DNA of 64,000 nt from an uncultured Dehalococcoidaceae bacterium (GTDB lineage Bacteria > Chloroflexota > Dehalococcoidia > Dehalococcoidales > RBG-16-60-22). Below are positions 54,195 through 63,298 of this stretch, piece after piece. The notes under the pieces were generated by a model. That model was not told the origin of the DNA and did no database searches. It saw only the letters and a program-made list of their open reading frames with translations. The stretch lies in contig CAZCZJ010000001.1 in NCBI GenBank assembly GCA_964503235.1, positions 5,851-69,850 on the forward strand, written 5' to 3'. The first letter of the stretch is position 1. The number at the start of each line of letters is the position of its first letter. A program made the position numbers and the translations under genes.

Positions 54195-57100
54195 TTAGCC
54201 CCCTGTTTCCATAATCTGCAATATACCCTGAAGAGGCACGCTTACCCAGTCCGGACGATTATTCAACTCGTAGCTGACTTCATACAGGGCTTTATCCAGC
54301 AGAAAAGCATCCAGAAGAATTTTAAGCTGGTCAGGTTTATCCGGCAGAAGCCCCGTCTGGGCCATTATATCCAGATATGCATTTAGAAATTCTGCAGAGA
54401 CCCAGGTATACCAGTATTGCGCCCAGCGCTGCAGCAGCGGCAGGCTATCTTCCGTCTTGGACAGTAATGACGCCTGTTTCATTATAGCGCTGTGCGTCGC
54501 ATAGTGGAAGGAACGAAGCATCCCGGCCACGTCACGCAACGGTGAACGCTTGAGTCGCCTCTCGCTGAGCGAACGCGCTGGTTCACCCTCAAAATCAATG
54601 ATAACAAAGTCATTGCCCGTATATAGCACCTGCCCAAGGTGGTAATCTCCATGACAGCGAATGCGTACCGCCGCTATTTTTTGCTTACGGATTAAATTGT
54701 AGCGCTCAACGATGTCCTTTTCCATATCCAGTATTTGCCTGGCCTCCTCACGCTGTTCTTCCGGCAGGTGCCTGAGACGCTCCTCGAGTAACCGCATGGT
54801 GCGTATGGCATAACCTCGCAGTGATTGGTACAGGGATGTCTGGTACATCATGGTATACGGTTCCGGGGCAAAGTCAGGATTTTGCAGGCCCGAAGCCAGT
54901 GCTATATGAAGCTCCGCGGTACGCTGCCCCAGGAGTTGCGCCGAAGCCAGGTATGGCCCGATAGTCTCCTGGGCAAGCGCAGGGGGCTCTTTCGATAGAG
55001 AAAGCAAGGGTCTCCGGGGAATCGGTGGAGCCTGTACGGTGGGGTGTGTCATCACTTCACCCAAATAGCGTTCTAAAAAGTCCAGGGTATACGCCCAGGC
55101 ATCACCCTCATTCGGCACGAAGCTCTGCAGGATAGCCAGACTAAGCGGTTTACGGCGGCCCTGTTGATATTCCAGAGTACCGGCCACCTGCGAGATATTG
55201 ATAAAGGGGGTATTTCCCGTGAGGAATTTACTTATCTCCACATCGGGATTAATCCCTTCTTCAAGTCGTCGGAATAGCTTCAAGAAAAGCTGGTTCCCGT
55301 ACATAACCGAGGTATTGCTCTGCTCGACATTCATAGGAACCGGTGATAAGTCGGTATCTCCTGAGCCGCGTACCCGGCGAAAAATTCTGGTTGGTGAGGT
55401 CTGAATCTCACCGGATTTCCCCTTGAATGTACGCCTTCGGCCCATAGCTTTAAGCAACATGGCGCAGAAATCTTTGTCGACCATGCTATCGAAGAGAACG
55501 TCCTCGCCGTTTTTACCTCGCTGCTTCAATTTCGCAATAATTGCATTGGGATACCCTTCACCCAATTTATCTCCTTTCTCAGAGGGAGTGACGGCGACGG
55601 GAATGGCATAGGTCTCCGGCTCCCCTTCCGAGTAATTGACCTGAAACAGGATGATATAGGCATTCGAGCTATCGAAATGCAGAGGAACGATATCCTGAAT
55701 CTCCGCCCCCCAGGCCTCTCTCGCCTTACCGCGAAACCACCGCCGACTTTTTATATAGTCCAGCAACACCGCATCAAGGATGAACCAGTTCTCCTTTTTC
55801 CCGAAGAGACTTTCCTCAGTCTCGCGCATTACCGGCACTTCTCTGATTTCCTCGGTGGGCGGGGCGTGCAGACTCAGGGCTTCGGCGGGCTCCTGCTCCA
55901 GGGAAAACCAGAAAAAGGCATAAGGACTTAATGTGAAATAGTATTTACCATCTACAACGGGCGCAAATTCCACTCTCCCGAAAAGGTCGACCGGCCTCCA
56001 GCCGTTAAACTCGGAGAGATCCAGCTGAGTCTGCTGCGCCAGATGGGATAGGTTGGCCACCACCAAAATAGTCTCTCCCTCGTAGCGGCGCAGGTAGGTG
56101 AGGACTTTGCGGTTCTCCGGGCTCAGGAACTCTATGCTACCGCGTCCGAAGGCTTGGTAGCGTTTACGCAGGGCAATGATACGTTTCATCCACCAGAGAA
56201 GAGAATCGGTATTGTTCAACTGGTTTTCCACGTTGACGGCTTCATAGTGATATTCGGGGTCGATAATTGGCGGCAGGTAGAGCCTCTGCGGATTGGCGTG
56301 GGAGAAACCGGCATTCCTTCCCGGGTTCCACTGCATCGGCGTACGGACACCGTTGCGATCACCGAGATAGAAATTGTCTCCCATACCGATTTCATCGCCG
56401 TAGTAGATAACCGGCGTCCCCGGCAGTGAGAAAAGCAGGCTGTTCATCAGCTCAATCTTTTTCCGGTCGTTGCTGAGCAACGGGGCGAGGCGGCGGCGAA
56501 TACCCAGGTTAAGGCGAGCCGTTGTATCCGCGGCATATACCCGGTACATGTAGTCCCGCTCCTCGTCGGTGACCATCTCCAGAGTCAGTTCATCATGGTT
56601 ACGCAGGAACAGAGCCCACTGGCAGTTATCCAAGATGGCCGGTGTCTGCTGAAGTATATCAATTATCGGGAAACGGTCTTCCATACGGAGAGCCATAAAA
56701 AGACGGGGCATGATGGGAAAATTAAAGGCCATGTGGAACTCATCACCATCGCCGAAATAGGCTACGGCATCCTCAGGCCACTGATTGGCTTCGGCCAGCA
56801 GCATACGGTTCTTGAATTTCTTATCTATATGAGCACGAAGTTCCTTTATAAAGGCATGGCTCTCCGGCAGGTTTTCACAACTCGTCCCCTCTCGCTCGTA
56901 AAGGTAGGGAACGGCATCGACGCGCATTCCGTCAATCCCCATCCTCAACCAGAAGTCCATTACCCTGAGGATAGCCTTTCTGGTCGCCGGGTTATCATAG
57001 TTGAGGTCTGGCTGGTGAGAATAAAAGCGGTGCCAGTAATACGCTTTCCCCACCGGGTCCCATGCCCAGTTGGAGGTCTCATAATCCTTAAAGATAATGC

Positions 57101-57554
57101 GGGCATCCTTGTATTCCTCCGCGGTGTCGCTCCACACATAGAAATCGCGGTAGCGGCTCCCCGGTGGGGACTTGCGTGCCCGCTGGAACCAGGGGTGCTG
57201 GTCGGAGGTGTGATTAACCACCAGCTCGGTGATAACGCGGATGCCGTGGCGGTGCGCCTCGTCAACAAAGGTCTGGAAGTTAGCCATCGTGCCGTAGGCA
57301 GGCTGGATATTAAAATAATCGGAGATATCATAGCCGTCGTCCCTGAGAGGAGAAGGATAAAAGGGAAGCAGCCAGACCGCGGTAATCCCGAGGTCTTCAA
57401 GATAATCGAGCTTATCTATCAATCCCAATAAGTCACCCGCACCATCGGCATCGCTGTCGCTAAAAGCACGGACATGGACCTCGTAGATTATGGCATCCTT
57501 ATACCATAACGGGTTATCGTCGACTTGCCATGATTCTTTACTTCGTCTAGCCAT
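54195..57554 (-). CDS. treS: Trehalose synthase (maltose alpha-D-glucosyltransferase) fused to maltokinase
   Basis: 1119 aa. The N-terminal GH13 TreS part shows WYKDAIIYEVHVRAFSDS, DGMRVDAVPYL and FLRNHDELTLE. The C-terminal ~450 aa are Pep2/Mak kinase-like (RIRCHGDYHLGQVLYTGNDFVIIDFEGEP). Confidence 0.9.
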   Translation of the reverse strand: MARRSKESWQVDDNPLWYKDAIIYEVHVRAFSDSDADGAGDLLGLIDKLDYLEDLGITAVWLLPFYPSPLRDDGYDISDYFNIQPAYGTMANFQTFVDEAHRHGIRVITELVVNHTSDQHPWFQRARKSPPGSRYRDFYVWSDTAEEYKDARIIFKDYETSNWAWDPVGKAYYWHRFYSHQPDLNYDNPATRKAILRVMDFWLRMGIDGMRVDAVPYLYEREGTSCENLPESHAFIKELRAHIDKKFKNRMLLAEANQWPEDAVAYFGDGDEFHMAFNFPIMPRLFMALRMEDRFPIIDILQQTPAILDNCQWALFLRNHDELTLEMVTDEERDYMYRVYAADTTARLNLGIRRRLAPLLSNDRKKIELMNSLLFSLPGTPVIYYGDEIGMGDNFYLGDRNGVRTPMQWNPGRNAGFSHANPQRLYLPPIIDPEYHYEAVNVENQLNNTDSLLWWMKRIIALRKRYQAFGRGSIEFLSPENRKVLTYLRRYEGETILVVANLSHLAQQTQLDLSEFNGWRPVDLFGRVEFAPVVDGKYYFTLSPYAFFWFSLEQEPAEALSLHAPPTEEIREVPVMRETEESLFGKKENWFILDAVLLDYIKSRRWFRGKAREAWGAEIQDIVPLHFDSSNAYIILFQVNYSEGEPETYAIPVAVTPSEKGDKLGEGYPNAIIAKLKQRGKNGEDVLFDSMVDKDFCAMLLKAMGRRRTFKGKSGEIQTSPTRIFRRVRGSGDTDLSPVPMNVEQSNTSVMYGNQLFLKLFRRLEEGINPDVEISKFLTGNTPFINISQVAGTLEYQQGRRKPLSLAILQSFVPNEGDAWAYTLDFLERYLGEVMTHPTVQAPPIPRRPLLSLSKEPPALAQETIGPYLASAQLLGQRTAELHIALASGLQNPDFAPEPYTMMYQTSLYQSLRGYAIRTMRLLEERLRHLPEEQREEARQILDMEKDIVERYNLIRKQKIAAVRIRCHGDYHLGQVLYTGNDFVIIDFEGEPARSLSERRLKRSPLRDVAGMLRSFHYATHSAIMKQASLLSKTEDSLPLLQRWAQYWYTWVSAEFLNAYLDIMAQTGLLPDKPDQLKILLDAFLLDKALYEVSYELNNRPDWVSVPLQGILQIMETGG

Positions 57555-57561
57555 ATCTTAC

Positions 57562-57972
57562 TCACCAAGTCAATGTATATATATATTCCAGCAACTCCTT
57601 TATACCTAGAGGCTTCACCAGCAGGCAGCTGGCACCGTGTTTCATGCTCTCCCTCTGAATAAGAGGGCTGCGCTGTGGAGAAATTACAATATATGGTATC
57701 TTGGCTTTACGCAACGTATCGCAGCGCTCCCAGATACGCTGGTCAAAGCCTGAAAGGTCTATCAGGACAAGGTCTATTTTCTTACTTATTCGAATTCTTT
57801 CATCCAGTTCTTCTAAGCTGGCAGCGTTCTGCGTATCATAGCCTTCTTTTACTAGCTGTTGTGACAGCAGTCCCAGATCAGCTTGGTTACTATTGGCTAC
57901 TACAATTACTGGCTTCTTGGCCAATGCGGTGAGAGTGTCTTTAATACCCTTACCTACTTTCTCTATTCTCAT
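57562..57972 (-). CDS. Stand-alone response-regulator receiver domain, atypical (lacks the N-terminal acidic pair)
   Basis: Receiver-like (beta-alpha)5 pattern with the phospho-acceptor context DLVLIDLSG, the S of IVISPQ and the K of LLVKPL. The beta1 loop reads VVANSN instead of the usual DD/DE. The start is set at the ATG at 57972 after GAGGAGG. Confidence 0.7.
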   Translation of the reverse strand: MRIEKVGKGIKDTLTALAKKPVIVVANSNQADLGLLSQQLVKEGYDTQNAASLEELDERIRISKKIDLVLIDLSGFDQRIWERCDTLRKAKIPYIVISPQRSPLIQRESMKHGASCLLVKPLGIKELLEYIYTLTW

Positions 57973-58097
57973 ATGACGCCTCCTCACAGGCTCTAACTTT
58001 CAACTCCATTGGCCACACTGAGTGACTGCCCGATGCCAGTGTCGTTTATTTGCAGTCATAGCTCATTTTTCTTAAAGGCAAGGTATTCCTAGCCCGT

Positions 58098-58454
58098 TCA
58101 CTTAGCGACAGGGAACCCCACCCTCACTAATGTCCTTACAGCCACGATAACCGCTGCCGGGGCCATGAGCCTCGCGAGGTAGAAGACAATCTCGTTAATA
58201 GTGGTACCTAGACCACTGATTAAATCGTTGAGGGGGTCAAATCCGGCAGTGCCTACTACGATCAAGGCCACGGTTGCCACCAGTAAGGCGAGCATCTCCC
58301 TGGTAATTATGTTGACGGCTCCTATAATTATACCCAGAACTACAAGTACTAGAATTATAGTGCCATTGGCAGGAGATACTATACCTCCAATAAGAGATAG
58401 CAGGAGGCCCGCAGCGAAGACGATAAAACCAATTATTCCGAGAGCCCTATTCAT
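58098..58454 (-). CDS. Small multi-pass membrane protein, function unknown
   Basis: 118 aa with three or four hydrophobic helices. It lies in the operon between glgE and the receiver gene. Confidence 0.55.
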   Translation of the reverse strand: MNRALGIIGFIVFAAGLLLSLIGGIVSPANGTIILVLVVLGIIIGAVNIITREMLALLVATVALIVVGTAGFDPLNDLISGLGTTINEIVFYLARLMAPAAVIVAVRTLVRVGFPVAK

Positions 58455-58560
58455 AAATCAATCACCCCCTTTCTTGAATGGATTAGGTTCAAACATAGTC
58501 AATCCTAGTATGTTAAGCATTACTTTTCAACCTAGCCTCTCATATGTAGTAGTCAAAACC

Positions 58561-60543
58561 CTATTCTCTACGAGTTCGTCGGTGGACCTGGAATATTCTG
58601 GCAGGGCAGATAATCGGGTTTAACTCCACATAGTTCCATTCGTCCTGCCAGGTGTAACGTGTGTCACTCAAAAGCTCATGAGCTTCACAAGGTTGCTGCA
58701 GGTCAAGCCCCCAGGCTTTCAGGGGAACATTAATCCTCCCGGAACGGGTGTTATGAGGGTCAAGATTAACCACGACCAGTATAATATCCGAAAGGTCCTC
58801 GGTATGCTTGCTGTAGCATATCAGATTTTCACTGTCGGTGGCGTTGAACCACAGGTTCCGGTTGCTCTGGAGAACCGGATTATCGCGGCGGATGCGGTTG
58901 ACGCGGGTAATGAATTCCTTCAGACTATCTTTCCGTCCGGTATCCCAGTGCTTTATTTCGTATTTTTCCGAGTTCAGGTATTCCTCACTGCCTTTCTCTC
59001 TCGGTATGTTTTCCATAAGCTCATAAGCAGGGCCGTAGATACCGTAACTGGGGCTCAGTGTCGCCGCCAGCACCAGGCGCGTCATGAAAGCTGGCCTGCC
59101 CCCGGTCTTCAAATATTCGTGGAGAATATCCGGGGTATTGGGCCAGAAATTGGGGCGGAAAAAGTCTTTTACCTCCGTCTGTGTCAGTTCGGTAAGATAT
59201 TCGGTAATTTCCCGCTTGGTGTTACGCCAGGTAAAGTAGGTATATGACTGCGTGAATCCCAGCTTGGCGAGTCGGTACATAATTTTGGGTCGGGTGAATG
59301 CCTCGGCAAGGAAAATAACATCAGAATACTCCTTTTTAACTTCGGCGATGAGCCATTCCCAGAAGCGAAAGGGCTTGGTATGCGGATTGTCCACGCGAAA
59401 GATACGGACGCCCTGTTCCGCCCAGAAAAGAACCACATTTTTAAGTTCCTCCCAGAGTTCCCGCCAGTTCTCCGTCTCGAAGTTAAACGGGTAAATATCC
59501 TGGTACTTCTTCGGCGGATTTTCCGCATACTGCAAGGTACCGTCGGGGCGCCAGAGAAACCACTCGGGGTGTTCCTTAACATAGGGATGGTCCGGCGAAC
59601 ACTGGAAGGCAATGTCGAGAGCAATCTCTATATTGTATGCCTTTGCCGCAGTAACCAGATGAATAAAATCTTCCAGCGTGCCTAACTGGGGGTGGATACT
59701 CTGATGTCCCCCATCTTCGGCGCCGATAGCCCAGGGGGTACCCGGGTCACTGGATTTGGCGGTAAGCGTGTTGTTCTTCCCTTTGCGGTTGGTATGGCCG
59801 ATGGGGTGGATGGGTGGGAAATAGAGCACGTCAAAACCCATATCGGCGATATAGGGTAGCCGTTCTTCGCAGTCTTTTAAAGTCCCGTGACACCCTGGCT
59901 TAACAGTACAGGAGCGTGGGAACATTTCGTACCAGGTACTGAATGTGGCCCTTTCCCGGTCGACCGAGACAGCCAGTTCCTTGGGATAGGTTACGGCAGC
60001 GCTGCGGTCAGCGTATTTCTCCAAGAGCTCACTCAATTCATCGCTCATAGCCAGCCTTACTTTTTCTTTACGGTTGGTTTTGTCAGACTCCAGCACCTCC
60101 GCCAGATTTAATAATTGCCTGCGGTCACCAACTGCTGCATTTCCGGCAACCTCCCTGACGATTCTGGCTCCGATATGCAGGTTAATTTCAATATCTTTTT
60201 GTTTCGCATCGACTCGCTTCTTAAAATCCTGGCACCAGGTCTTAAATCGGTCCACCCATGCCATGATTGTGTAGTAAAATATTCCCTGTTGGCTCACGAT
60301 AAATGAACCACGCCAGCGGTCGTTTTCCAGTAACTGCATCGGAGTTTCCGTCCAGTTGTTATCATTTGCCCGACGGCAGAGAAGGCATGCTGAAATGACA
60401 TCATGACCATCGGCGAAGATATTCGCCTCAACGGTTATGTTATCACCGACAACACTCTTGGCCGGAAAGCGGCCGCCGTTAATCTCCGGACTTACTCCCT
60501 CGATGACGACACGCTCATTTCCTTTTAATAACTCCAAAACCAC
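58561..60543 (-). CDS. glgE: Alpha-1,4-glucan:maltose-1-phosphate maltosyltransferase
   Basis: 660 aa. The N-terminus is VIEGVSPEINGGRFPAKSVVGD and the GH13_3-type motifs are FRVDNPHTKP and FLAEAFTRP. GTG start after AGGAGA. Confidence 0.9.
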   Translation of the reverse strand: MVLELLKGNERVVIEGVSPEINGGRFPAKSVVGDNITVEANIFADGHDVISACLLCRRANDNNWTETPMQLLENDRWRGSFIVSQQGIFYYTIMAWVDRFKTWCQDFKKRVDAKQKDIEINLHIGARIVREVAGNAAVGDRRQLLNLAEVLESDKTNRKEKVRLAMSDELSELLEKYADRSAAVTYPKELAVSVDRERATFSTWYEMFPRSCTVKPGCHGTLKDCEERLPYIADMGFDVLYFPPIHPIGHTNRKGKNNTLTAKSSDPGTPWAIGAEDGGHQSIHPQLGTLEDFIHLVTAAKAYNIEIALDIAFQCSPDHPYVKEHPEWFLWRPDGTLQYAENPPKKYQDIYPFNFETENWRELWEELKNVVLFWAEQGVRIFRVDNPHTKPFRFWEWLIAEVKKEYSDVIFLAEAFTRPKIMYRLAKLGFTQSYTYFTWRNTKREITEYLTELTQTEVKDFFRPNFWPNTPDILHEYLKTGGRPAFMTRLVLAATLSPSYGIYGPAYELMENIPREKGSEEYLNSEKYEIKHWDTGRKDSLKEFITRVNRIRRDNPVLQSNRNLWFNATDSENLICYSKHTEDLSDIILVVVNLDPHNTRSGRINVPLKAWGLDLQQPCEAHELLSDTRYTWQDEWNYVELNPIICPARIFQVHRRTRRE

Positions 60544-60662
60544 TCTCCTGGGATATTAATACAGCCAATCTTGGAACAATATAATCTCGGATAAGTCACT
60601 CTGAAGACTACTTTCCGGTGCTAATAAATAAGCTTTGATGGACATATAGCCCTCACAGAAAG

Positions 60663-62828
60663 TCACGGTTGTGGGTCAATTGTAGCACTTTGCTCTAATA
60701 CTGTCATATCCTGGATAACCGGCAGGTACATCTTCTCGCAGTATTCTTTAAGCATCCGGCGCGCATTGAACACGGGCACGATCGAATGGATTGACCTTTT
60801 TACCATGGAAAGCCATTGCCTCGGCACACCATTTCTTTCTCGATTATAGTACAGAGGAACCACTTGCTCTTCAAGGAGACGGTAGAGGGACTCGGCATCT
60901 GATTCATCCTCTTCCTTGATACTAGCTTTGTGAGATTCATCGCCTATACTCCAGCCATTACTGCCGTTATAGGCTTCAGGCCACCAGCCATCCGGTACAC
61001 TCAGGTGTAAAACACCGTTAAGCACTGCTTTCATACCGCTGGTTCCGGAGGCTTCCCGCAAGCGACGTGGGGTGTTCAACCAGACATCCACTCCCTGTGC
61101 CAGGTACCTCGCCAGTCGCATGTCGTAATCCTCGAGGAAAGCAATCCTGCCCTGGAATTCACGGTCTCTGGCCATGGTATGTACGTACTGGAGGAGCTTT
61201 TTAGACGCCTTATCGGCGGGATGGGATTTACCGGCGAAAATTATCTGGACGGGACGCCAGGGATCATGAATAATTTTCTTCAGCCGCTCAATATCTTTAA
61301 ATAACAGATCCGGTCTTTTATATTCGGCAAATCGCCTGACGAAGCCGATGGTAAGCGCGTCATGGTCGAGCAAGGAACCCATGGCCAGTATTTGCTGAGG
61401 AGTTGCTTCCCCACCTGCCCATCTTTGCTGGGCACGCTCCAGAATTATGTGAATCAGCTTCCTCTTCAGAAGTATATGGGTTCGCCAGAGTTCCTCATCC
61501 GGAATATCGTCGATACTTTTCCACATTTCAGCATCATCCTGCTTTTCTACCCAATCCCTACCGAGATACTTGCTGTACAATTGCCGGCTCTCGAGCGCCA
61601 CCCAGGTGGGCGTATGTATACCATTGGTAATATGTCTGATCGGAACGTTCTCTACAGAGCAGTCTAACCATAGATTACACCACATTTGACGGGTTACCCC
61701 GCCGTGAATGCGGCTGACCGCGTTACGATTGTCGGAGGCCTTCAGAGAAAGAATCGTCATATTAAACATAGTTTCTCCACTGCCAGCGTGCCGTCCCAGG
61801 TCCAGAAAGGTCTCCCGGTCGGTACCCAGGGAGGGCCAGTAGTTTTGAAAATACTGTTCGATAAGCTCGGTCGAGAAGATATCGTGGCCGGCCGGCACCG
61901 GGGTATGAGTTGTGAAAACAGAGGTCTTTTTAACAATATCAAGTGCCTCAGTAAAAGCCATACCCTTGGCCACTTCTTCCCTGATGCGCTCCAGCATCAT
62001 GAAGGCGATATGGCCTTCATTGGCGTGCCAGATTGACGGCTCGATACCCAGCTCGCGTAAGACACGCACCCCGCCAATGCCTAAAAGAATTTCCTGCTGA
62101 AGGCGGTGTTCTCGGTCGGCGATATAGAGCCGGCTGGACAGCTCCCGGTCTTCAGGTTTGTTTTCCTCGATATCTGTATCGAGAAGGTAAAGGTCTACTC
62201 GTCCCAGTCTTACCAGCCATGCTCCAATATGCAACGTCCTATCTTGAAGCTTCACCTCAGTCAAGCATTGCTTGCCATCCCTGGAAGAGATAGCCGTCAC
62301 TGGCGCTTTACTAAAATCCAGCTGGCTGTATTTTTCTTCCTGCAAACCTTCCGCCGAGATACGCTGCTGGAAATATCCCTGCGGGTACATAAAACCAACG
62401 GCTACCATAGGTATTCCCAAATCACTCGCCTCTTTACAAAGGTCGCCAGCCAGAACACCCAAACCGCCGGCGTATATCGGCAGGGAATTATGCAGGGCAA
62501 ATTCCATAGAGAAGTAGGCTATCGGATTTTGTTGGAAGGCAGGGTATTTAGTGGCGTACCAGGAATTATTATCGGTCATGTCTTTATCAAAGGCAGTAAC
62601 AGCGGCATCATATAAAGAAAGAAGAGAACTATCACCAGCGGCCAATTGTAACTTTTCCAAGCTAATTTCATAAAGCTGTTGAACCGGGTTATGCCCGCTT
62701 AATCTCCACAAAGGGTAATCAAGCATCCTGAATAAGGCCCGCCCTTCCGGATGCCAGGTCCACCAAAGATTGTTTGCCAGTTCCTCAAGCCTGCCTATGC
62801 GTTCTGGTATCTTCGAAACAGTCATCAT
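60663..62828 (-). CDS. glgP: Alpha-glucan phosphorylase (GT35, short 'alpha-glucan family' type)
   Basis: 721 aa. IAYFSMEFALHNSLPIYAGGLGVLAGD, HANEGH, and the PLP-lysine region SGTSGMKAVLNG. Confidence 0.9.
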   Translation of the reverse strand: MMTVSKIPERIGRLEELANNLWWTWHPEGRALFRMLDYPLWRLSGHNPVQQLYEISLEKLQLAAGDSSLLSLYDAAVTAFDKDMTDNNSWYATKYPAFQQNPIAYFSMEFALHNSLPIYAGGLGVLAGDLCKEASDLGIPMVAVGFMYPQGYFQQRISAEGLQEEKYSQLDFSKAPVTAISSRDGKQCLTEVKLQDRTLHIGAWLVRLGRVDLYLLDTDIEENKPEDRELSSRLYIADREHRLQQEILLGIGGVRVLRELGIEPSIWHANEGHIAFMMLERIREEVAKGMAFTEALDIVKKTSVFTTHTPVPAGHDIFSTELIEQYFQNYWPSLGTDRETFLDLGRHAGSGETMFNMTILSLKASDNRNAVSRIHGGVTRQMWCNLWLDCSVENVPIRHITNGIHTPTWVALESRQLYSKYLGRDWVEKQDDAEMWKSIDDIPDEELWRTHILLKRKLIHIILERAQQRWAGGEATPQQILAMGSLLDHDALTIGFVRRFAEYKRPDLLFKDIERLKKIIHDPWRPVQIIFAGKSHPADKASKKLLQYVHTMARDREFQGRIAFLEDYDMRLARYLAQGVDVWLNTPRRLREASGTSGMKAVLNGVLHLSVPDGWWPEAYNGSNGWSIGDESHKASIKEEDESDAESLYRLLEEQVVPLYYNRERNGVPRQWLSMVKRSIHSIVPVFNARRMLKEYCEKMYLPVIQDMTVLEQSATIDPQP

Positions 62829-63298
62829 GATTCCTTATGATTATATTCTTGCTAAGAATTATACTCTAGCCTACCCGACAAAGCTAATGTTGTGTTGAAA
62901 AGCCTTTGATTCTACGCTGCTAGGGATTTGAATTTCTGAGACCCTCACAAGGGATTCTTTTCTACTGTTTCTTCAGTCCTTCCTTCGGGATGATAATATA
63001 GCTGGTTCTTAATATTTAATTATGGCTTTTGTTAGAGTGTCACTAGTGGAAGAGAGCGGGCTTTTTAGTAATTAAGAATTCGCGTATAACCTAGATTAAA
63101 CGCAGGTATTTGTGAATTGGTCACCATTACATAGCATAGCAATAATATGAAATGTGGTGTATCAAGAAATTCCAAGCGGTAGTTCGGCTTCATTTATGTC
63201 GGGCACTCAATGAGTCTGGTTTAAAAAGAAGCAGTTTGATACTACGTCTAAACCTAATTTACACAGATAACGTGTACAGCTACTTTTAAGAATATTAA

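Noticed and set aside
56595-57431. 278-aa plus-strand ORF
   Set aside because: It is antisense to the TreS domain, which carries clear GH13 motifs. It has no RBS and no recognisable domain.
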